In this document: positions 18,330 to 26,495 of the stretch, piece by piece
How positions within the stretch are numbered: position 1 is the first letter of the stretch
Layout: every line of letters starts with the position of its first letter
Position numbers and translations under genes: made by a program
Origin: a candidate division FCPU426 bacterium
GTDB lineage: Bacteria; Oederibacteriota; Muellerivitia; Muellerivitales; Muellerivitaceae
NCBI GenBank assembly: GCA_963719085.1
Contig: CAVRAL010000004.1
Location: 1,024,001 to 1,088,000 of the forward strand
Reading direction: 5' to 3'
DNA length: 64,000 bases
Notes under the pieces: model-generated
Told to the model about the DNA's origin: nothing
The model's database searches: none
What the model saw: only the letters and a program-made list of their open reading frames with translations

Positions 18330-19670
18330 ATGCGAGACGATCCTTTTTTCCCGCCGTTTCGCGCCAAGTTTTTTTGGGCGCCGTTTTTTAGACATGGGTT
18401 GATCGGTTTGTTGTGGCTCGCCGGTTTTTTAATCGGGCCTGGAGGCACGGGCGCGCAAACGGTGACCTCGGCGGCTGGGCTGGCGGACCCCTTGGAAAAT
18501 CTTCAGGGATCGGCCCGCGACCTTTCCTTGGGTTCGGCCTTTGTGGGCGTGGCCGATGACAGCTCGGCGCTTTTTTTTAATAGCGCGGGGCTTTCGGATT
18601 TAAGCCGGCCCGAGGTGGCGCTTCACCACAACAGTTACTTGGCGGGATCCTTTCAAGAAACCTTGACCGCCGGTTTCCCCGCGGGCGACCTGGGCGGCTT
18701 GGCCTTCGCCCTGGATTACGTCAATTGGGGAACCATCGATCTTCGGGATAATTTCGGCGCCTCCCAGGGCGACTTTAACGACAGCGATGTGGGTTTCACG
18801 GCGGGATGGGGAAGGGAATGGATGCCGGGATTTTCGGCCGGAATCGCCTTGCGGGCGTTGCAGCAAAAAGTGGTGAACGATCTTTACACCAGCCTGGCGG
18901 CGGATTTGGGATTGTTGTGGACGGTGGACCCGGGTTGGAAGCTCGGGCTTTCTTACCTGAATCTGGGAACGCCCGTGGGCGGAAGCGCCCTGACCCAAGA
19001 GATCAGATTGGGCGGTTCTTTTTTCACGGCGATAAACCCGCGCTTTACCTTACTCACCGCGATTTCGGGTTCCTATGTTCCCAATGGGCCGGGTGGGATG
19101 CAGGCGGGTTTGGAAGGGGTTTTAGACCATCAATGGGCTTTGCGGGTGGGATATCAAATTCCTTTTTACGACAATCAAGTCAGCGGGTTCTCCAATTTTA
19201 CCGCCGGGGCCGGCGTCAAGTTTTCCTCGTTGTCCTTGGATTACGCTTATTTGCCTTTCGGGAACTTGGGGATCTCCAACCGCGTCAGTCTTTCTTATCA
19301 GTTCGATTTACCCAAACAAATGGTTCAAGTGCCCGTCACGGTGATCGTGCAAGCGCCCCAACCGGCGGAGGCTTCGAAAGAGGTTGACCTGGAATTCAAA
19401 ATTCAAACCCCGCCGTCCGATCCGGTGACCGAAGGCCTGGCCTTGGAAAAGCAGGGTCAAGATACCCAAGCGGCGCAAACTTACGTGAAGGCCCTCCAGA
19501 CGGACCCGGACAATGACCGGCTTTGGAACGCTTTGGGCCGCCTTTATTACCGATTGGGGCAAAAAACCTACGCGATTCAATGCTTTGAGAAGGTTCTCCA
19601 GCTGGAGCCGAATAATCAAGCCCTTCAAAAATGGCTGGATCAATATAAAGCCCCGCCTTCGACCCCTTAA
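18330..19670 (+). CDS. PorV/PorQ-like (FadL-superfamily) outer-membrane barrel with C-terminal TPR
   Basis: GSARDLSLGSAFVGVADDSSALFFNSAGL, LRVGY, LDYAYLPFGNLG..NRVSLSY. TPR ALQTDPDN..LWNALGRLYY...VLQLEPNN. Confidence 0.8.
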   Translation: MRDDPFFPPFRAKFFWAPFFRHGLIGLLWLAGFLIGPGGTGAQTVTSAAGLADPLENLQGSARDLSLGSAFVGVADDSSALFFNSAGLSDLSRPEVALHHNSYLAGSFQETLTAGFPAGDLGGLAFALDYVNWGTIDLRDNFGASQGDFNDSDVGFTAGWGREWMPGFSAGIALRALQQKVVNDLYTSLAADLGLLWTVDPGWKLGLSYLNLGTPVGGSALTQEIRLGGSFFTAINPRFTLLTAISGSYVPNGPGGMQAGLEGVLDHQWALRVGYQIPFYDNQVSGFSNFTAGAGVKFSSLSLDYAYLPFGNLGISNRVSLSYQFDLPKQMVQVPVTVIVQAPQPAEASKEVDLEFKIQTPPSDPVTEGLALEKQGQDTQAAQTYVKALQTDPDNDRLWNALGRLYYRLGQKTYAIQCFEKVLQLEPNNQALQKWLDQYKAPPSTP

Positions 19671-19807
19671 AACAATCGGTTAAACGGTTCTCCTTAGACT
19701 TCCCTCTAAAAAACTTAAAATGGAATAAAGCCGCCTCCCGGTGAATCTAAGCCTTTGGGACAACTTGTCCTGAACCGCTTTGAAGAGCGGGATCCCCGAG
19801 GTGGAAA

Positions 19808-22207
19808 ATGCCGGAATCGATCATCTTTTTGTTTTTACGGTTTAAATCGTTTTTAAAAAGCTTCCGCCACATTTCCTTGCCTTTAGCCGGACTTTTTTTT
19901 CTCCCCGCCGCGACCGTCTTCGGCCAAACCCTGATCATTACCGCCGCTCCTTATAACGCCACCACGGGCAGCGCCGACAACGCCGCCGCGATCCAAGCCG
20001 CCATCAACGCCGTGGGCAGCGGCGGCACGGTTGAGGTTCCCGCGGGTAATTTTTTAAGCGGTCCCGTGACCCTTAAAAGCAACATGACCTTTCAGCTTTC
20101 GGCCGGAGCCACCCTTCAAATGACGGCCATGGGGACCTTTCCTGTAAATATGGATTTCATTTACGGTTCCAAACTCTCCAATATTACGATCAACGGCTCC
20201 GGCGTCATGGATGGGCAGGGATTGGCCTGGTGGAATTATTTCAACGGCGGTGGAACGGATAACCGCCCGCCCGCCATGATTGAGCTCACCGGTTGCACGG
20301 GCGTGACGGTTTCCGGCATTTCGGTCATCAATTCGCCCAAATTTCATGTTCAGTTTCTGGGCAACGGCGCCAACATCCTGGCCTCGGGCCTGACCATCAC
20401 CGCTCCCTGGCCCTCGCCCAATACGGACGGCATCGACCTGCGGGGAACCAATGTCACGATTCAAAACTGCTACATCAGCGACGGGGACGATGTGATTCAA
20501 ATCGGCGGCTCCAACGCCTGCATGGGAATTACGGTGCAAGGCTGCACCTTCGGAACCGGACACGGTCTTTCCATCGGCAGCATCACCTCAGGCGGCGTAA
20601 GCAACGTGCTCGTCAACAATTGCGTTTTTAACGGCACCCAATATGGCCTCCGGCTGAAATCCAACAATACCGAAGGCGGAATTACCTCCAACGTCACTTA
20701 TTCCAACATCACCATGACCAATATTTTGGTGAACCCTATCTTGATGTACAGCTATTACCCGGATGTTCCCGCCAATCCCACCACGGATACGGGTTCGGCC
20801 GCCAACAGCACCACGCCTTATTGGCAAAATATTAAATTTGAAAATGTGTCGGCGGCCCAAACCGCCACCGGGTCGGCCAACGTGGGCATCCTTTGGGGAT
20901 TGCCCCAAGCGCCGGTTTCCAATGTGCTTTTTGACGCCTGCACCATCACGGGTTCCAAAATTATGGATGTGTTCAACACCCGGGGCGTGACGTTTGATTG
21001 CAACTGCCTGATCAATGGCAAGGCTCCCTCAAACTCCGCGGCCGTTACGACTTATAACGCGGCCATGGCGGGGGCTGACAACGTGCTTTTTGCCGCTTGC
21101 GGCCCCACGCCGACCTTTACAGCGACTTCGGTCCTAGCCACCCCGACCCGCACCGCCACGCCCTTACCGACCGCTTCCGCGACGCGCACGGCGACGCCAA
21201 CCGCGACCCGGACAGCCTCTCCGACCGCTTCCCCTACGAGGACGATGACCGCTACCGCGACTGCCTCGGCGACAGCGACGCGTACCGCGACGGCCCCCGC
21301 CACTCCAACCCTTACGGCCACGGTTCTTTCGACGGTTTCCGCTACGCCGACCCGCACCGCGACGGCAACCTCTTCCGCGACCGCTACAGCGAGCATGACC
21401 CGGACGGCGACCTTGGTTTTTACAAGAACTTCGACACCGACCCTGGCCATGACTTCTACACCGACCATGACCCGAACCTCGACGCCGTCTCTTACAGCGA
21501 CTCCACTCTCGACTCAAACCCCCACGGGCACTAGTACGCCATCCTTCACCGCGACCAAGACGGCCACCCCGGCGTTCACTTCGACGTCAACGTCCACCGC
21601 TTCGAACACGTCCACGCCGACCGCGACCCCTACGTCAACACCAACCTCGGTATTCACCCCAACCGCGACTCCCTCCAGGACGGCGACCTTGATCCCGACC
21701 GCCTCGGCGTCGGCCACGGCTTCGTCAACGGCCACGCCTTCCGCGACTTTAACCCCCATCCCAACCGCTTCTTTTACGGACACACCGACGAACTCTTTTA
21801 CACCCACACTCACCTTGACGGTAACGCCGGTGCCGCCCACTCCCACCCCGAGCGACACGGTCACCTTGACCCCGGTGATTGTGCCCACATCAACCGACAC
21901 CCCGACCTTCGGGCCGGGAGCGCCGCCTATTTCCAAACCGGTGCCTTTCCCCAACCCGACCCAGGGGGGGACGGTTCAAATTTATTTTGTCTTGGCCGCC
22001 GCGTCCTCGGATGTGAGGATCCATGTTTTCACCACGGCCTTTAGAAAAGTAATCACGGCCGACTTAGGCCCGCTTCCCGCCGGCGCCAGCACACCCACCC
22101 TTTCCCTGACGGACGCACAAGGCCGGCCTTTGGCCAATGGTCTTTACTATGTCGAAGTCTCTGATTCTCAAGGGCATTCCATCGGCAAGCTGATGGTTTT
22201 GCGCTGA
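19808..22207 (+). CDS. Secreted GH28 polygalacturonase + Thr-rich linker + T9SS-like CTD
   Basis: All four GH28 motifs present: NTDG, GDD, GHG, RLKS. Confidence 0.92.
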   Translation: MPESIIFLFLRFKSFLKSFRHISLPLAGLFFLPAATVFGQTLIITAAPYNATTGSADNAAAIQAAINAVGSGGTVEVPAGNFLSGPVTLKSNMTFQLSAGATLQMTAMGTFPVNMDFIYGSKLSNITINGSGVMDGQGLAWWNYFNGGGTDNRPPAMIELTGCTGVTVSGISVINSPKFHVQFLGNGANILASGLTITAPWPSPNTDGIDLRGTNVTIQNCYISDGDDVIQIGGSNACMGITVQGCTFGTGHGLSIGSITSGGVSNVLVNNCVFNGTQYGLRLKSNNTEGGITSNVTYSNITMTNILVNPILMYSYYPDVPANPTTDTGSAANSTTPYWQNIKFENVSAAQTATGSANVGILWGLPQAPVSNVLFDACTITGSKIMDVFNTRGVTFDCNCLINGKAPSNSAAVTTYNAAMAGADNVLFAACGPTPTFTATSVLATPTRTATPLPTASATRTATPTATRTASPTASPTRTMTATATASATATRTATAPATPTLTATVLSTVSATPTRTATATSSATATASMTRTATLVFTRTSTPTLAMTSTPTMTRTSTPSLTATPLSTQTPTGTSTPSFTATKTATPAFTSTSTSTASNTSTPTATPTSTPTSVFTPTATPSRTATLIPTASASATASSTATPSATLTPIPTASFTDTPTNSFTPTLTLTVTPVPPTPTPSDTVTLTPVIVPTSTDTPTFGPGAPPISKPVPFPNPTQGGTVQIYFVLAAASSDVRIHVFTTAFRKVITADLGPLPAGASTPTLSLTDAQGRPLANGLYYVEVSDSQGHSIGKLMVLR

Positions 22208-22273
22208 GGCGGATATGCCTCCGCGCGCTCAAAGCTTGCGCCTCAACTTAGCGTCTTGGCCTAGAAGCGCTGA
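22201..22273 (+). repeat. Diverged single unit of the 66-bp structured repeat
   Basis: GCGCTGA at 22201 and 22267 (period 66). Stem GCGCTGAGGC-ggatat-GCCTCCGCGC followed by CAAAGCTT..GCCTC. Confidence 0.7.
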
Positions 22274-22291
22274 TTTTCCGGGAGGGAAGCC

Positions 22292-25171
22292 GTGAAGATT
22301 CTCCCGTTAAATTTATTCTCCCCGCGAGTGGGGGGTGTCATTCTTTTTTGGGCGATGACGCCCCTGGCCGCTTGGGCCTGGGTCAATCCCAGTTTTGAAA
22401 CGGGAAGCTTGACCGGCTGGACCACCAATACGGCCAGCGGAGGCGGGCTTGCCTGTGGAAACCCCACGGCTTCCATTGTGAATGTGGGGGGCGGCTCCGC
22501 GCCAGATTCAGTGGGCCCTTTAACTCCCGCGGGGCTTCCTTTGGTGGGGGCCGGCAACGGCAACTACGCGGTCCAGGTTTTTTCGTCCCGGGGAGATCCC
22601 AACTTTGGCGATTGGGCCCAGGTTTGGCAAACCGATACCGTGCCCTCCGGCGGAACCTCCTGCTGTCTTTCCTTTTATATTGCCGCCATTCTGGAAGACT
22701 ATCATTACACCCAGGAACAAGACACTTTCGGGGACGCTTATATAGAAGCTGATGTGGTTGTCGGCGGCGGCACGGCGGGCGCCGGCGGCGTGACGGTGGC
22801 CAGTCTGCGTTATGGCTGGGGTTACGACGTAGGTACCGGCCTTTTGCAGGCCACCGGACAAAATGGTCCAGGGACCTATTCAACTTGTACCGTTTCCCAA
22901 ACGCCTTCCCCGAATTGGGGGTTCATTCCCTGGACTCAGCAAACAGTCAATCTTTGCGCTTACGCCGGCCAAAAGGTCACCTTGTTGGTGACGGCGTTTG
23001 ACTGCGACGGGGACGGCCATTACAGCTTGGGTTATTTGGACAACGTAAGTTGGAACACTTGCGTGCCGCCCCAGTTTAATTTGGTGAAATCCGTCAGTCC
23101 TTCGGGAGACGCCAATCCGGGGGATACCTTGACCTATACCCTCGCCTACTCCAACCCGAGCGCGGTGCCCATCGACGGGGTTCAAATCTGCGACACGATT
23201 CCGACCGACGTGAAGCTTTTGACCGACACGATCGCGGCCAATCCGCCCGAGGGAGCGGTGACCTGGACAGGCACCGGCGCGGGCGACATCTTGTGTTGGG
23301 ATTTGGGATATATCGGCCCCCATGTCAATGGCACGCTTTCTTTCGCGGTGAGCGTCCAAAAACCCTGCAACACCATTATCAATCAAGCGGAGGAGACGGA
23401 CGCCGAGACCGCCGGCCTTCAGTCCAACGCCGTTACCAATGACGTGGCCAGTTGCACGCCTACCAAGACCCCTAAAACGACGCCCACCTTTACCCCTACC
23501 CTGAGCCCCACGCTTTCGCCGACCTTAACGAAAACTTTTACTTGGACCCCCACCCGAACCTTTACCCCCACTTTCACCCCGACCAATACCCCAACGCCCA
23601 GTCCTACGACGACAGTTACCCTGACTCCGACCAAGACTCCGACGCCGACGAATAGTTGGACGGCGACACCCACTAAGACCCCAACGCCGACCCTCAGTCC
23701 GACCCCGTCTCCGACGGTCACCTTGACTGACACACCGAGTCCGACCGCGACTTTGTCTTCCACCTGGACCCCGACCCGAACGCCGACGAATACTCCGACC
23801 GTTTCGGCGTCGGCTACGCCTTCCGCCACTTCGACGGCAACCCATACGCCAACCGTCACCCCGACGGTGACCCCTACCATGACCGGAACGCCGCCTATTA
23901 CTCCTACGGCAACGCCATCCCCGACACTGACTTGGACGCCTACTCCCACGTTTACATTGACCGCGACCCCAACGCCTTCGCCTACGGCGACCCCGACCGC
24001 TAGTGCGACGCCAACCCCGTCGCCGACTTGGACACCCACCGACACTCCGACCATCACGCCGGTGTTCACGCTGACGCCCATGCCGACCCCGACCGTGACA
24101 CTGACGGCCTCGCCCACCCCTACCTTTTCGCCGACCTTAACCTGGACTCCCACCTTCACAGCCACTTTTTCCCCGACGAGGACATGGACCATGACGCCAA
24201 CTCAGACACCGACCTGTACTTTTACGCCCACCCCCACAGTGACGCTTTCGCCGACCGCCACGCTTACCCCCGCGCCCTCGGGAAGTTTCACTGTGACGGT
24301 CGGGATCTATAACGAGGCCGGGGAACTGATAAAGCAAGTCCAGGTGGGGAACGCTTTTTCGGCGGTTCAGGTTTTGCTTCTGTCCACCCAAGTGATCGAC
24401 AGCCTCAGCCAGCCTCTCACGATTAATTATGGAGGCGGATCCGCCGCCAGTTGGGACGGGACCGGGCAAAATGGCGACCCGGTTTCCAATGGACAATATT
24501 ATGTCAAGGTCGACAGCGCGGACCCGAGCGGCAATGTCACCAGCGTGACCCAGCCGATCTTGGTCAACCGGTCCCTGGCCCAGTTCACCTTGAACATTTA
24601 CAACGAGTCCGGCGAAGTCGTGCGGCATATCCTGGCCATTGTCCAAGACGCGGGGGAGAGTGTGGCCCATTCGCTGTCGCTGTCTTCCAATGTGTTGAGC
24701 CCGGCTTCCGGCGGGAACTCGGCGGCGGTGACTATCCTGGCCGATGGCCAAGTAATCGCCACTTGGAACGGCTCGTCCGATAACGGCACTTTGGTTTCCA
24801 GCGGCACTTACTTTATTTCAGCGCATGAACTGGACGGAAAAGGGAACGAGGCCAATATTACAAATACGATCGTCGTGTTAGGTTCCGGGTCTTTGCCCAA
24901 TATTCAGGCGCGGGCGGTTCCCAACTTGATTCGGGGAGCCGGCGGCACCGTCTTTGAGGCGGCGTCGACCCAAGCCCTTACCTTAAAAGCAACGCTTTAT
25001 GATTTGGCGGGGGAAAAGGTGGCTTTTCGGCAAGGGCCGCCGGGCGCGGACCAGGTGGGCTGGGACGCTTCCCAAGCGTCCAGCGGAATTTATTTGGCGG
25101 TGGTGGAAATTTGGACGGCGGACGGCCAATTGGCCCGCCGCCAAACGCTTCGGATCGCGGTGGTGCATTAG
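22292..25171 (+). CDS. Secreted orphan protein: Cys-containing N-terminal domain + DUF11 + Thr-rich linker + three FlgD/CTD-like domains
   Basis: NPSFETGSLTGW start; KSVSP..ANPGDTLTYTLAYSN (DUF11); IYNEAGELIK..WDG..G..VSNGQYY-type domain occurs twice, plus a terminal variant. Confidence 0.75.
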   Translation: MKILPLNLFSPRVGGVILFWAMTPLAAWAWVNPSFETGSLTGWTTNTASGGGLACGNPTASIVNVGGGSAPDSVGPLTPAGLPLVGAGNGNYAVQVFSSRGDPNFGDWAQVWQTDTVPSGGTSCCLSFYIAAILEDYHYTQEQDTFGDAYIEADVVVGGGTAGAGGVTVASLRYGWGYDVGTGLLQATGQNGPGTYSTCTVSQTPSPNWGFIPWTQQTVNLCAYAGQKVTLLVTAFDCDGDGHYSLGYLDNVSWNTCVPPQFNLVKSVSPSGDANPGDTLTYTLAYSNPSAVPIDGVQICDTIPTDVKLLTDTIAANPPEGAVTWTGTGAGDILCWDLGYIGPHVNGTLSFAVSVQKPCNTIINQAEETDAETAGLQSNAVTNDVASCTPTKTPKTTPTFTPTLSPTLSPTLTKTFTWTPTRTFTPTFTPTNTPTPSPTTTVTLTPTKTPTPTNSWTATPTKTPTPTLSPTPSPTVTLTDTPSPTATLSSTWTPTRTPTNTPTVSASATPSATSTATHTPTVTPTVTPTMTGTPPITPTATPSPTLTWTPTPTFTLTATPTPSPTATPTASATPTPSPTWTPTDTPTITPVFTLTPMPTPTVTLTASPTPTFSPTLTWTPTFTATFSPTRTWTMTPTQTPTCTFTPTPTVTLSPTATLTPAPSGSFTVTVGIYNEAGELIKQVQVGNAFSAVQVLLLSTQVIDSLSQPLTINYGGGSAASWDGTGQNGDPVSNGQYYVKVDSADPSGNVTSVTQPILVNRSLAQFTLNIYNESGEVVRHILAIVQDAGESVAHSLSLSSNVLSPASGGNSAAVTILADGQVIATWNGSSDNGTLVSSGTYFISAHELDGKGNEANITNTIVVLGSGSLPNIQARAVPNLIRGAGGTVFEAASTQALTLKATLYDLAGEKVAFRQGPPGADQVGWDASQASSGIYLAVVEIWTADGQLARRQTLRIAVVH

Positions 25172-25257
25172 CCGTTTTTTATGACGGTAGAAGCCGCGGC
25201 GTCTTAAAAGACCCGCTTGTGGGCCTTTCGTTGAAGCGGTATAGTAAGAACCTGCCC

Positions 25258-26286
25258 ATGAAAAACGTAACTATCCAAGATATTGCCGAGCGCGCCGGGG
25301 TGACCAAAGCCACGGTTTCCATGGTGATCAACCAGGACCATCGGATCACGGAAAAAACCCGCGACAAGGTCTTGAAGATCATCAAGGAGATGAACTATTA
25401 CCCCAATCAGTCCGCGCGGAAACTCGCCCGGGGGAAAAGCGACGTTATCGCTTTCGTGTCGGCCCGTTTTGCCGCGCCTTTTATCGCCTCGGTCATGGAC
25501 GCCTTTGAGCAGCGGGCTTTTCAAATGGGGCGGTATGTCCACGGCATCCATCCTTATTCCACCCAGCATAAAACCGAGGCCAAGGAAGAGCTGCTCCAGC
25601 AAATCCTTTATGGCCGCACCGCCGACGCGGTCGTGGTGGTGACGATCCGCCCCAGTCAAAAAGTCGTCGACGAATACGCCGCCCGGAAAATCCCGTTGAT
25701 CCTTTTAGAAAACACTTTGCCGGGAAGCCACAGCATCCGGGTGGACAATGTGAAAGGCGGCTTAATCGCCACCGAGTACCTGATTCAAAAGGGGCGTAAA
25801 AGAATTGGATTGATTAACGGCGAAACCCAGCCGCCACCGGGCGTGGATGTGGTTCCCTCGGCGGTGGAGCGGTTGGAAGGCTACCGGCAGGCTTTGAAAA
25901 ACAAAGGTCTTGATTACACCGAAAACCGCGTGGTCGCTTACGGCAATTATTTATTTGAGGAAGGGCGGATGGGATTGAAGACCCTTCTGGAAAAAGACCC
26001 CAAACTGGACGCCATCTTTTGCGCGGCGGGGGACATTATGGCCATGGGCGTCATGGCGGAAGCCCAGGCCCGCGGCATCCGAATTCCGGAAGACCTCGCG
26101 CTGGTGGGCTATGACGACATGCCGGCTTCCAGCCTTTTAAAGCCGGCCCTGACCACCGTTCATCAACCGCTCGCCCAGATGGGAGTACAGGCTTTTGAGA
26201 CCGCCATTGACGCCATTGACGGTAAATTACCCCAAGACCGCAATATCCTGATGCAACCCGAACTCATTGTTCGGGAGTCAGCCTAG
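25258..26286 (+). CDS. LacI-family transcriptional regulator (track start 25111)
   Basis: VTIQDIAERAGVTKATVSMVIN HTH; IPEDLALVGYDD...PALTTVHQP. Confidence 0.95.
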   Translation: MKNVTIQDIAERAGVTKATVSMVINQDHRITEKTRDKVLKIIKEMNYYPNQSARKLARGKSDVIAFVSARFAAPFIASVMDAFEQRAFQMGRYVHGIHPYSTQHKTEAKEELLQQILYGRTADAVVVVTIRPSQKVVDEYAARKIPLILLENTLPGSHSIRVDNVKGGLIATEYLIQKGRKRIGLINGETQPPPGVDVVPSAVERLEGYRQALKNKGLDYTENRVVAYGNYLFEEGRMGLKTLLEKDPKLDAIFCAAGDIMAMGVMAEAQARGIRIPEDLALVGYDDMPASSLLKPALTTVHQPLAQMGVQAFETAIDAIDGKLPQDRNILMQPELIVRESA

Positions 26287-26495
26287 GCCGGTTTTTTTTC
26301 CATAAAAAAGTCGATTTTTTTAAAAAAGGGTTAAACAGCCTTATTTTCAAAGAAATTGGGGCCAAATATTAGAGGCCCGCACTGGCAGAAATAAAAGGCT
26401 GGGGTATACTTAGAAAGTTCGTTATTTACAAGACGCGACCCGAACGGTTAGTCTGTTGCGCTCGCAATCAAAATTTTTGACTTGGATAAAATCGT

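Noticed and set aside
6959..22273. Repeats as integron attC sites
   Set aside because: They overlap stop codons as attC sites do, but I found no RYYYAAC/GTTRRRY ends, units are tandem two-hairpin structures, and no integrase is in the window.
26290..26495. Riboswitch or LacI operator upstream of GH8
   Set aside because: A TATACT -10 is visible at 26405-26410, but I could not identify a convincing palindrome or known riboswitch fold by eye.
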